Below, piece by piece: positions 9,650 through 19,267 of a DNA stretch of 52,192 nucleotides. The notes beneath the pieces are model-generated. The model saw only the letters and a list, made by a program, of their open reading frames with translations, searched no databases and was not told the origin of the DNA. The stretch lies in the sequence record SRR22947725_2243. One strand, 5' to 3'. Positions within the stretch are counted from its first letter, which is position 1. Every line of letters begins with the position of its first letter. The position numbers and the translations under genes were made by a program.

Positions 9650-11038
9650 ATGACCGAGAAAATAAAAGCGAAAAGATCTCAGAAAAAGGGTGCGAAAGAA
9701 ATTCTACGCCTTGGGCAAAAAGCCCTAGACTACAGAAGGGATATATTGAGTATTGATCAAGTTACAAGATTAGAGTCTGCAACTAGTGAGTTAAAAAATG
9801 TTTTGGGAAATAAGACAATTTATATAGACGAACTCGAAGAAAAAGCAGAAAAAGTAGACATTGAATTAAAAGAATCTGGTGGACTCTACTATCACAAGAA
9901 AGGGTGGGTTGAAAATGTGGAGATGCTTATGGTGGCGGCCATTGTGGTGATTGGAATCAGAAGCTTTTTTTTACAGCCTTTCATTATTCCCACTAATTCA
10001 ATGTATCCTTCCTTTTTTGGCATGCAGCCCAACTTATATGAAGAGGAAAATGAGGTTCCTAGCTTACTGGAAAGAAGTATAGATAAAGTCCTCTTGGGGG
10101 CATCGCATTATCGATTAAATGTTGAAAGTGCAGGAAATTTATATTTGGTTTTGCAAAATGGGGGAAGTTTCCGATTTGCCGAAGCCACTTTTCCGAATGG
10201 TCGATTCTTTCTATTTCCCAATACGGTTAAAGAATATGTTTTTGAAGTGGGAGGAAAAGAACATACACTCCAAGTTCCTGCTGAATTCGATTTTGATACC
10301 TTGATCGCAAAAAAATTCGCGGGGATTGAGAGTTTACGTGACCTCCCTTTGATCGTAAGCCAAGACCAAGGGTTTACCGGGAATAGACTAAAATTATCCG
10401 ATCAGAATTATCAAAAAGGAGATGTAGCAATCGCGTTTGATATTTTATTGGGAGATGCCTTATTCGTGGATCGAATGTCTTATAATTTTATTACGCCTAA
10501 ATCGGGAGATCCTGCCGTTTTCCGCACCGGTTCAATTGATGAATTTAACAGAAAGATTGGTACACCGGTCCGAAATTTTATTGGGGAAGATAAATATTAT
10601 ATTAAACGCTTAATTGGAGAACCCGGTGATCGTTTAGAGATGAAAGTTCCTGACTCAATCTTCACAAACGGAACGGATGTTCGTAAAGGAGTACCCGGAG
10701 TTCTTTACCGTAATGAGAAACCAATTTCAGGAAAAGTTGCTTTTGATGAAAATCGAAAACATGCAGAAAGTTTATCAAATGATCCCAATGCCAAGAACCC
10801 GATGAATTATCCTGGTTACCGATCAGAAGGCTTACTTTCGAACCGCGAAGTTATTACTGTCCCTCAAAAAGACGATGTAACAAACCCTACTGGATTTAAT
10901 GGATATTTTATGATGGGAGATAATTCAACTGATAGTTTAGATGGTCGTGCTTGGGGATTTGTACCTGAAAACGAAATTATTGGACGTGCGTTTGTCGTTT
11001 ATTATCCATTTACAAAGAGATGGGGTTTCTCCAACTAA
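9650..11038 (+). CDS. lepB: Signal peptidase I
   Basis: PFIIPTNSMYP (Ser), YIKRLIGEPGD (Lys), MMGDNSTDSLDGRAWGFVP; follows lepA; carries large insertions. Confidence 0.92.
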   Translation: MTEKIKAKRSQKKGAKEILRLGQKALDYRRDILSIDQVTRLESATSELKNVLGNKTIYIDELEEKAEKVDIELKESGGLYYHKKGWVENVEMLMVAAIVVIGIRSFFLQPFIIPTNSMYPSFFGMQPNLYEEENEVPSLLERSIDKVLLGASHYRLNVESAGNLYLVLQNGGSFRFAEATFPNGRFFLFPNTVKEYVFEVGGKEHTLQVPAEFDFDTLIAKKFAGIESLRDLPLIVSQDQGFTGNRLKLSDQNYQKGDVAIAFDILLGDALFVDRMSYNFITPKSGDPAVFRTGSIDEFNRKIGTPVRNFIGEDKYYIKRLIGEPGDRLEMKVPDSIFTNGTDVRKGVPGVLYRNEKPISGKVAFDENRKHAESLSNDPNAKNPMNYPGYRSEGLLSNREVITVPQKDDVTNPTGFNGYFMMGDNSTDSLDGRAWGFVPENEIIGRAFVVYYPFTKRWGFSN

Positions 11039-11109
11039 TACATCCCTGTAGACATTATAGCAGTATGACATATTTCGCACAATATGGATTATGTCTAATT
11101 GCATAATCT

Positions 11110-12681
11110 GTGAGTTCCCTTAGGCATTTACCAAGTTGGTTAGATTCTCGTAGTTCGGGAGTCTTACTCCATGTCACATCATTGCCAGGTGATTTTGGGA
11201 TTGGGAATTTAGGGAAGTCTTCATTCGAATTTATCGATTTTTTAAATGTGGCTGGATTTAGATTTTGGCAAATTTGTCCAGTAGGTCCAACTGGTTATGG
11301 TGACTCCCCGTACCAAGTATTTTCCTCTTCTGCAGGAAACCCCTATTTGATTGATTGGCATGCTCTTATTGATTTAAAAATGATAAGGCTTGATGATCTA
11401 GGTTCACTACAGAGTAATCCGGATCATGATGTAAATTATGGTCATCTTTATGAACATTTTTATACCGCTGCCTCAATTGCCTTTTCTAATTTTGTGCAAA
11501 GTGGTGAAAGTATTGAATCTAAATACGGAAAGTTTGATCTTTTTATTGAAGAAAATAAAAGTTGGTTGGAGCCCTACTGCTGTTATCAGGCCCTCAAGAA
11601 GTCCGCTCTGAATAAGCCTTGGTGGCAATGGGATAAGAATGTTAGGAAATTTAGTGCATCGATTTTAGAGGGTTTATCGAGTGCACAGCTTGAAACTTAT
11701 AATCTTCATTTATTTCTCCAATATATATTTTTCTCACAGTGGAAGGAGTTACGGACTTATGCTCACAAAAAAGAAGTTCAAATCCTTGGGGATTTGCCAA
11801 TCTATGTTGCTCCAGACTCATCTGATGTGTGGGAAAAGCCTGAACTTTTTCAAGTGGATACAAACGGAGCGGGATTTTCGCATGTAGCAGGAGTTCCTCC
11901 AGACTATTTTAATGAAGATGGTCAATATTGGGGAAATCCACTGTACGACTGGCCCGTTCACAAGGCAGACGGTTACCAATGGTGGATTAAGCGTTTGGAG
12001 TCGCAATTATCCCTTTTTGATGTGGTTCGAATTGATCACTTTAGGGGATTTCATGATTATTGGAGTATTCCGGCAGATACTTCAGATGCAAAGGCAGGTA
12101 AATGGGAGAACGGTCCTGGAATTGATTTTTGGAATGTGGTTGCAAAATATTTCCCTACCCTCCCCTTTTTAGCTGAAGATTTAGGTTTGATCACCAAGGG
12201 GGTTCGATCTCTTCGAGAAAGCGCTGGATTACCGGGAATGGCAGTTTTACAGTTTGCATTCGATGGCGATCCTGAAAATCTTTATCTACCGCATAACTTA
12301 TCCCCGGACCTCGTTCTCTACACAGGTACTCATGATAATGATACTACCTGTGGTTGGTATCATTCAACTGATGATGAAATTCGCGGGAATTTTAGGAGTT
12401 ACTTTAATATTCCGGGCGATTTCCCATCTTGGGATATGTTAAGGATGGCATACCGTACGACTGCTCAATTGGTGATCATTCCAATGCAGGATTTGCTCAG
12501 TCTGGGTTCTGAAGCACGCCTCAATGAACCAGGCCATTCATTTGGAAATTGGACATGGCGAATGAGTCCATGGCAACTTAAGAGTATTTCAGTTGAATGT
12601 TCTGCATATCTAAGAAATCAAGCTGAAATATCAGGTAGACTAGCAAAGAAGAGTGTCGCTTCGATCGCAAAATTATCCTAG
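11110..12681 (+). CDS. malQ: 4-alpha-glucanotransferase (amylomaltase, GH77)
   Basis: RSSGVLLHVTSLPG, GDLPIYV, AGVPPDYF, WGNPLY, RIDHFRGF, AEDLG, YTGTHDNDT. Confidence 0.96.
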   Translation: MSSLRHLPSWLDSRSSGVLLHVTSLPGDFGIGNLGKSSFEFIDFLNVAGFRFWQICPVGPTGYGDSPYQVFSSSAGNPYLIDWHALIDLKMIRLDDLGSLQSNPDHDVNYGHLYEHFYTAASIAFSNFVQSGESIESKYGKFDLFIEENKSWLEPYCCYQALKKSALNKPWWQWDKNVRKFSASILEGLSSAQLETYNLHLFLQYIFFSQWKELRTYAHKKEVQILGDLPIYVAPDSSDVWEKPELFQVDTNGAGFSHVAGVPPDYFNEDGQYWGNPLYDWPVHKADGYQWWIKRLESQLSLFDVVRIDHFRGFHDYWSIPADTSDAKAGKWENGPGIDFWNVVAKYFPTLPFLAEDLGLITKGVRSLRESAGLPGMAVLQFAFDGDPENLYLPHNLSPDLVLYTGTHDNDTTCGWYHSTDDEIRGNFRSYFNIPGDFPSWDMLRMAYRTTAQLVIIPMQDLLSLGSEARLNEPGHSFGNWTWRMSPWQLKSISVECSAYLRNQAEISGRLAKKSVASIAKLS

Positions 12682-12704
12682 ATTAATCACTTCACAGGCT
12701 TAAT

Positions 12705-14474
12705 TTGAAAAGACTATTTCCATACTTTCTATTAATAAAGCCCTATTGGTTTGCCTTCCTTATTGCATTGGTATGTGGCGTCATTTATGGAGTATCAAGT
12801 GGATTTGGTCTGCCTTATATGATCGATCAAGTCTTTCCTATAATATTTCCTGGTGAAAAATTGGATGTGCGGTTAAGCACATGGGAATTATTTATGTATA
12901 TTTCTTGGTTCCCCCTTGTCTTTATCATTCGCGGTACAAGTAGCTATTTTAATTCTTACTTTATTAATTATTGTGGAATCCGGGTACTTGAGAAAATCAG
13001 ATTTCAGGTCTTCGGAAAGCTTCAGCGCCTACCTATTTCTTTCTTTCATCGCAATCAGGAGGGTGACCTTCTTAGTCGAATGATCTCAGACACTGGTCAG
13101 TTACAGGCTGCCATCCTACAGGTCAGTAATGATTTAATCAAACAGCCTATCACTTTTATCGGAGCGATTACTGCATTAATTGTAATGGCTGTTCAGCGTG
13201 AAGGTATGGCATTTGTTCTCTTATGCCTACTTGTAATTCCAATCTGCGTATTTCCCATTCGCAGGATTGGTGAGTTACTTTTAAACAAAGCACTCAACAT
13301 GCAAGAAAAAGCGGGGAACTTGACGTCAATTTTGAGTGAAAATCTATCTGCTTACAAAGAAGTTCGAGCCTTTAATCTCGAAAGTCGAGAAAAGGAAAGA
13401 TTTTTAAATGTTTCCGAGAATTTTATCGATGCCCGAATGAAGGTGATCAAATACTCACATATGCTGACACCACTTATTGAAATTATTACGGCAGTTGGAA
13501 TTTCAGCAGCAATTTTTCAAGCATCTAGAAAATCAATACAATTAGATGCGGTAGTACCTGTAATTGTAGCACTTTACATGTCTTATGAGCCGGTTAAGAA
13601 ATTAGGCGGTATTCATACCTCGATTAAACAGGCCCTCGCTTCTCTGGAAAGATTGGAAGAAATTCTTGAAACTGATGAAAGTATTTCTAATCCAACAGAA
13701 CCTACGGAAATCAAAATGATAAGAGGTGAACTAGAATTTAATAATGTTTCATACTCCTACTCCAATCGTGAGGAGGAACTAAATGAAATTCCTGCCTTAA
13801 TTGATATCAATTTAAAAATATCCTCCGGTGAAGTAGTTGCCATAGTGGGCCCCAGCGGAGGAGGTAAAAGCACTCTTGCTGGGTTATTGCCAAGATTTTA
13901 TGATCCCGAAAAGGGATCCGTTTTATTAGATGGAATGAACTTACGTGATCTTTCTCTTCACGATGTTCGAGATGCAGTGGCCCTAGTGCCACAAAAACCG
14001 TTCCTTTTCGATCTTGATGTGGAGAAGAATATTGAACTTGGTAAATCAAAATATACTGATGCCACGATTAATGAGGTTTGCCAATTAGCTTATGCGGATG
14101 AGTTTATCAATGAATTTGAACAAGGTTATCAGGAACGCCTTGGAGAAAAAGGAAGCCGATTATCAGGTGGACAACTTCAACGCCTCGCTCTTGCCCGTGC
14201 TTTTTTCAAAAATTCCCCGTTATTGGTTCTGGATGAAGCAACCTCGGCTTTAGACGCGGAAAACGAAGATAAAATTCACGAGGCAATGGCACAGTTGATT
14301 AAAGGTAAGACCACCCTGCTAATCGCTCACCGCTTTAGTTCTTTAAAATTGGCATCCAGAATACTCGTCATGGATAAAGGCAGAATTATCGCGGATGGAC
14401 CACATGACGAAGTTTACAAAAACTGTGACTTGTATCGTACTTTGTACGACCAACAAAACGAGGGATTATCCTAA
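12705..14474 (+). CDS. ABC exporter, fused permease/ATPase (MsbA-like)
   Basis: N-terminal TM helices; Walker A GPSGGGKST, LSGGQ signature, LDEATSALD, IAHR. Confidence 0.9.
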   Translation: MKRLFPYFLLIKPYWFAFLIALVCGVIYGVSSGFGLPYMIDQVFPIIFPGEKLDVRLSTWELFMYISWFPLVFIIRGTSSYFNSYFINYCGIRVLEKIRFQVFGKLQRLPISFFHRNQEGDLLSRMISDTGQLQAAILQVSNDLIKQPITFIGAITALIVMAVQREGMAFVLLCLLVIPICVFPIRRIGELLLNKALNMQEKAGNLTSILSENLSAYKEVRAFNLESREKERFLNVSENFIDARMKVIKYSHMLTPLIEIITAVGISAAIFQASRKSIQLDAVVPVIVALYMSYEPVKKLGGIHTSIKQALASLERLEEILETDESISNPTEPTEIKMIRGELEFNNVSYSYSNREEELNEIPALIDINLKISSGEVVAIVGPSGGGKSTLAGLLPRFYDPEKGSVLLDGMNLRDLSLHDVRDAVALVPQKPFLFDLDVEKNIELGKSKYTDATINEVCQLAYADEFINEFEQGYQERLGEKGSRLSGGQLQRLALARAFFKNSPLLVLDEATSALDAENEDKIHEAMAQLIKGKTTLLIAHRFSSLKLASRILVMDKGRIIADGPHDEVYKNCDLYRTLYDQQNEGLS

Positions 14475-14481
14475 GGGTAGT

Positions 14482-15021
14482 TTAGCGATTCTTTCCTCGG
14501 AGTATCCTCATTAATTCAAGACCATCACTCGGTGGTCCTTCCGGGAAATTTTCTGTAGGCTTGAGTGTTACAGGAAGAATTGATCGAAAAAACGCCAGTG
14601 AATTGGCACAGAACCAACTTACCATAATAATCTCGAGCCAGGTTGGTATAATAATTGAAAAAATGACCCAGCCTGAAACTGTGCTCATTAACAATGATGC
14701 AACTGGGCCCATGGCTATTATGGTGAAAAGTTTTACTGGAGATAGATTTTTTGTCTGATAACCGGTAAAGCCTTCCCTTCCGCTAAGAAAACTTAGTTCC
14801 CAGTATATCCTACCAGAGGTTATTTTCCATGATTTACTTTTATTTCCCACACGGATCAAAAGGACATCTTTAGTTAAAAAGAAAGCGGGGACAAGATGGC
14901 CTAACTCATGAATAAAAGTGGCAAAGGAACGAAACAAGACAAGTCCAATCCACGCCGAAATAATCCACGGTAGTCCCTCCCAGCTTAAGTAATTAATACT
15001 ATTTGCAATATATAATATCAT
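14482..15021 (-). CDS. Short M50 (site-2 protease)-family membrane metallopeptidase
   Basis: HELGH in a TM helix, MGP motif and C-terminal SDG third-ligand motif. Confidence 0.7.
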   Translation of the reverse strand: MILYIANSINYLSWEGLPWIISAWIGLVLFRSFATFIHELGHLVPAFFLTKDVLLIRVGNKSKSWKITSGRIYWELSFLSGREGFTGYQTKNLSPVKLFTIIAMGPVASLLMSTVSGWVIFSIIIPTWLEIIMVSWFCANSLAFFRSILPVTLKPTENFPEGPPSDGLELMRILRGKNR

Positions 15022-15087
15022 TTTAAAACGATTGAACTTGCTCGAAAAGATTCATTTTATAAGTTTATGCACATTGACTGATAAAGA

Positions 15088-15546
15088 ATGTTTCGTTTTC
15101 TTATGCAAGCCTTCTCGGGCAAGAAGCTCCATGTTCGCGTTCCTCACACCAAAGGACTGCCCTTGACTGATGAAAATAAATTTGGGGAAGAAGCGGAATC
15201 CAGCCAATGGATTGGCGTTGATCTTGATGGTACTTTAGCGGAAGCAGGACCCTGGCAAGGTTTTGAGCATATCGGCAAGCCGGTACCTAATATGATGAAG
15301 CGTTTAAAGATATGGATAGAGATGGGCTATCGTGTAAAGATCGTTACTGCCCGTGCCCAAGATCCAGAAAAGGCAATTCCCCCCATTCGCAAATGGCTTC
15401 AAAAGCAAGGGTTGCCAGATCTTGAGATTACTAATGCAAAGGATATGGATATGATAGAGCTTTGGGATGATCGTTGCGTCCAGGTTATTCCCAATACTGG
15501 TAATCCCGTTGGTCCTGCATCCGATCCTTACAGAAATAAAAGCTAA
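15088..15546 (+). CDS. Small cap-less HAD-superfamily hydrolase-like protein
   Basis: WIGVDLDGTLA (DxD motif I), IVTAR (motif II), K, WDDR (motif IV). Confidence 0.7.
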   Translation: MFRFLMQAFSGKKLHVRVPHTKGLPLTDENKFGEEAESSQWIGVDLDGTLAEAGPWQGFEHIGKPVPNMMKRLKIWIEMGYRVKIVTARAQDPEKAIPPIRKWLQKQGLPDLEITNAKDMDMIELWDDRCVQVIPNTGNPVGPASDPYRNKS

Positions 15547-15650
15547 ATTTATTTACAAATTGGGTGATTCTTAATCGCTATACAATTCGGTTAAGTTGTG
15601 GCTCGGCTCATTTCCCTTTGGTCTAGTCAGTAGTTAATTGGGCAAAATTT

Positions 15651-16000
15651 AATCGATTAGGAATTTTACTTTTTTTAGTATGTGCAGTCCATTTTCTGCC
15701 TTCCCAACACGATTAGCACTTTTATCCCTTTATCGCCGTTTCCTTCATAGTGGGAGGAGGCAAAGGAGTCATTTTTTCAACGATTACTTTCTTGATTGCT
15801 GGCCCTACCCTATTTTGTGGATATTAAAAAAATCGTAAGTTTCGCATTCCTGCGATTTTTACTTTGGGATTACTATTTCTTGTCCTTGCCCCAGGTACTC
15901 TTGGCCATTCAGGGGGAGTAGGTACTTTACATTTTATTTCCTACTTTAGCGGGTTTTTCATTAGGGTTAGGACATTGGCTTTAAGCTTAGGCCTTGTAAG
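15651..16000 (+). pseudogene. Decayed MerC-family membrane protein
   Basis: NRLGILLFLVCAVHF at 15651, then frameshift(s), ...LIAGPTLFCGY*KNRKFRIPAIFTLGLLFLVLA with an in-frame TAA at 15825-15827; resembles the MerC-domain pattern D.LGI..S.LCA.HC...GY..HR...P...GL..L; boundaries approximate. Confidence 0.6.
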
Positions 16001-16133
16001 TCCAGTCCTTGATGCATTGTGCACGCTGAAAAAAATCAGTGTCCTAATTAGGTCCTGTTGCTTTACTAAACCATTGATTGAGATAGTTTGTCTATATTTG
16101 ACCCTCCCTTGTTAAGTATTTAATGTTGAGATA

Positions 16134-16583
16134 ATGCTTGTCTATTCTCTGCTACGTTTATTCTTCATCTTTTTATCTACAATGTGCCTGGATGGAAAAC
16201 CGAGTATTGTTTTCTCTTTGATCGATGATAATGGTTGGACTGATCTTGGGTATCTGGAGTCAAATTACGATGAGAGTGCAAATATTGACAATGATACTCA
16301 TCCCGCCAATATCTTTAAAATCGTAGATACCACAGCGTTCAACTACCCTCCCCGCCCGGACTGCTTGATGTCTGGACAATATTCTTCAAGGCTAAGGCTT
16401 TATACAATAACTAGTTTATATCCTCTCGTAAGTGGGAGTCTCAAAGATATTCGAAGTAAAAATACTTCACTACTCACTGAAGGCAAAATTCTCATTGCTG
16501 CCACTCCTACTACAGATTGCGGTTCCAAGATTACTAATCCCTTTCTCATTCCTAAGCAAAAGAGGAGGAAACAGTACTCGTGA
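16134..16583 (+). pseudogene. Truncated, degenerate sulfatase remnant
   Basis: KPSIVFSLIDDNGWTDLGY...ANID and NYPPRPDCLMSGQY match the sulfatase N-terminus, but the CxPxR motif is lost and the ORF is only 149 aa. Confidence 0.72.
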
Positions 16584-17344
16584 TGAATTGGTGGGGAAAA
16601 CTTATTGGGACCGGTGTAGGAATGCTTGGCGGGCCGATCGGTTTGATTGCCGGTGCTGCCCTGGGACACCTTTATGATGAGGATGATCCAACTCCTCAGG
16701 ATGAGCGTAAGGCTCGTATACTTTATCTCGCTTATTTTTTTTCCTGTGCTGCTAAAGTAGCGAAGGCAGACGGAGGTATTTCCGCAAATGAAATTGAAGT
16801 TACTGAATCATTAATACAAAGAATGGGGCTTGATGAGAAAACCGCGGAATTTGCCAAAAATGTATTTCGAAAAGCGAAGACCAGTCGACGCTCAGTCGAT
16901 GAAGATCTCAAAGAGGCGGGTCGCCTGATCGGATATGATCCGATCGTTGGACAGTCTTTTCTTGGGGGTCTTTTCGAAATTATTCGTTCCAATGGAAATA
17001 AACTTAACGAATTACAAGTTCGCTTTCTACTATACGGAGAAGAACGCCTTAAACTTAAACCGGGAACAGTTCGTTCATGGATACGCGGTGGGTATGCTCC
17101 ACCCCGGCAGGATCCTTCAGTTGACAGTTTATCCCTAGAAGGTGCCTACAACGCATTGGGCTTAAAGCAGGAGTGTAGTGAGAGGGAGCTCAAGAAAGCG
17201 TATCGTGCTAAAGCCGGAGACTTTCACCCAGATAAGTTAAAGAGCAAAAACTTACCGCAAGAGTTTTTAAACTTTGCTAATGATCAATTAACAAAAATTA
17301 ATCAAGCTTATGAAGTGATAAGCAAGGCTCGTGGGATCAATTAA
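16580..17344 (+). CDS. djlA: Co-chaperone DjlA (TerB-like + J domain)
   Basis: WWGKLIG..G...GGPIG..GA.LGH N-terminus, AKADG, C-terminal J domain with HPD; start may be ATG 16583. Confidence 0.9.
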   Translation: MMNWWGKLIGTGVGMLGGPIGLIAGAALGHLYDEDDPTPQDERKARILYLAYFFSCAAKVAKADGGISANEIEVTESLIQRMGLDEKTAEFAKNVFRKAKTSRRSVDEDLKEAGRLIGYDPIVGQSFLGGLFEIIRSNGNKLNELQVRFLLYGEERLKLKPGTVRSWIRGGYAPPRQDPSVDSLSLEGAYNALGLKQECSERELKKAYRAKAGDFHPDKLKSKNLPQEFLNFANDQLTKINQAYEVISKARGIN

Positions 17345-18014
17345 TAATAAGACCATCCCGGATCGAAATAATTTTGTCACATCGATTGGCGATCTCTTCA
17401 TTATGTGTAACCATTAATACAGCGATGTTCTGTTCCCTTGCTAGATTTTGTAACAGTTCGAAAACATTTTCAGAATTTGCAGAATCTAAATTGCCTGTGG
17501 GTTCATCAGCAAGTAACAATGCGGGAGAATTAACTAATGCCCGGGCAATTGCCACCCGTTGTTGTTCTCCACCAGATAGCTTGTTAGCAAAACGCTCCCT
17601 TTTGCTTTCTAAACCGAGTTTACAAAGTACATCACTTGCTTTTTCTAAGGCAATTTTTTTAGACAACCCTTTTTTTTGAGCTGGAAGAGACACATTTTCA
17701 ACTGCTGTTAATTCTTTTATTAAAAAATGAAATTGAAAAACAAAACCAATGGATTGGTTCCTTAGCATCGTTCGCTGTTCTTCATTCGATTTGGACATCT
17801 CTTTACCATCTATTATTATTTCTCCGGAGTCAGGTTGATCGAGTAAACCTAGTAAATAAAGAAGTGTGCTTTTGCCACATCCAGAGGGTCCTACAATTGA
17901 TGTTAACTCTCCTGCACTTGCTTCAAAGGAAACACCTCTAAGTGCATTTACTCTTTCATCTCCTTCTAAAAATGAATGGCTTAGGTCATGAACTTGTAAT
18001 AAGGGAATATCCAC
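17337..18014 (-). CDS. ABC transporter ATP-binding protein (LolD/MacB family)
   Basis: GPSGCGKST, GFVFQFHFL, LSGGEQQRVAIARAL, ADEPTGNLD, VTH. Confidence 0.9.
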   Translation of the reverse strand: MDIPLLQVHDLSHSFLEGDERVNALRGVSFEASAGELTSIVGPSGCGKSTLLYLLGLLDQPDSGEIIIDGKEMSKSNEEQRTMLRNQSIGFVFQFHFLIKELTAVENVSLPAQKKGLSKKIALEKASDVLCKLGLESKRERFANKLSGGEQQRVAIARALVNSPALLLADEPTGNLDSANSENVFELLQNLAREQNIAVLMVTHNEEIANRCDKIISIRDGLIIN

Positions 18015-19261
18015 TATATGCTTTCCCTAATAATTTTTGCCGGTTCAATTTTTGATGCTCTACGTGCAGGAATCCAACTGGCAACGCTCACAAATAGAGT
18101 GGCTAGTAAAACGGCACTCAAGTAATGTGAAATATCCCAATTTACCGCAAATTTGTCAGTGGAAAAAATTCCTCGTACACTTAATGGAATCTGTGAAATA
18201 ATGTAAGTTACGATCGCGCCTGAAATAACTCCTAATATGATTCCTGCAATCAGTACAATGGTACCTTGCCAGAGGAATACAGAAGATACGTCTCGGGGAG
18301 AAAACCCAATCGACCTGAGAATTGCAATATCTCGGGTCTTCTCTATTACCATAATCGCAAACACATTAAACATGCCTAATCCAGATAGTAAGAGGATACA
18401 GGAAACAGTTATCGCTGATGAAATTCGCAAGGCTTTAAATACATCCAACCAAACCTTTTCTCTTTCTTGCCAGCTAACAGTTCTATGTCCAATTGATTCT
18501 TGAATTTGTTTAGCAACATCCGGTGCATTATTTACATTTGATAACGCTAGTTGAAGTATAGAGCCTCCAAATCTCTTTCCAATTAAAGATCTTGCCGTTG
18601 AAAGATCAATATAGATACGTTTTTTATCAATCTCGCTCGCACCAGTTTCAAATATTCCAGAAACCCGTAATTGAAAGTTTTTCTTGGTTCCAACTAAGTT
18701 GACCCGTTCACCTAATTTAATATTAAGCCTTTGCGCGATCCGATAGCCTATCAAAATACCCATGCGATCTTTCTCAAAATTTTCAATCGATCCTTGAATC
18801 AATTGATTTTCAATATTTGAGACTTTAATGTGATCTTGAATTCTTAATCCATGCACTTGAACTGATTGACCACGAGAGTGAGAATTTAGTCTCCCAATAG
18901 TTTCGAGGATTTCAGAGATACCAATAACTGAAGGGAAATTCGAAAGGGACTCGATTATTTCTGCAGGATGGTCGATGCCTTCAATAAATCGAGAATTCTC
19001 CCTGTTTTTGAAAATAAAATGGGTTTTACCATCAGTTGATACTTTATTGATGGTCGACTCATTATCCTGAAATCTATCCGAAATGCGAATCGCCCCACTA
19101 GTACCTAAGATTGTATCAATAAAAACCTTTTGAAAGCCGGAGGTTTGTGCCTGACTAACAATAAAAAAAGCAATTCCAAATACTATCCCAAGTAAACTCA
19201 TCATCATCGTTCGCTTGCGCGAAAAAACATAACGCAATGCTAATTGACGAGATGGGCTCAC
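18014..19261 (-). CDS. ABC transporter permease (LolC/E-FtsX-MacB family)
   Basis: N-terminal TM, large periplasmic domain, EKTRDIAILRSIG, three C-terminal TMs, PARRASKIEP. Confidence 0.88.
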   Translation of the reverse strand: MSPSRQLALRYVFSRKRTMMMSLLGIVFGIAFFIVSQAQTSGFQKVFIDTILGTSGAIRISDRFQDNESTINKVSTDGKTHFIFKNRENSRFIEGIDHPAEIIESLSNFPSVIGISEILETIGRLNSHSRGQSVQVHGLRIQDHIKVSNIENQLIQGSIENFEKDRMGILIGYRIAQRLNIKLGERVNLVGTKKNFQLRVSGIFETGASEIDKKRIYIDLSTARSLIGKRFGGSILQLALSNVNNAPDVAKQIQESIGHRTVSWQEREKVWLDVFKALRISSAITVSCILLLSGLGMFNVFAIMVIEKTRDIAILRSIGFSPRDVSSVFLWQGTIVLIAGIILGVISGAIVTYIISQIPLSVRGIFSTDKFAVNWDISHYLSAVLLATLFVSVASWIPARRASKIEPAKIIRESI

Positions 19262-19267
19262 AAATCT

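Noticed and set aside
15864-16115. 83 aa ORF as an independent gene
   Set aside because: Better explained as the 3' fragment of the MerC-like pseudogene, in frame after the TAA at 15825
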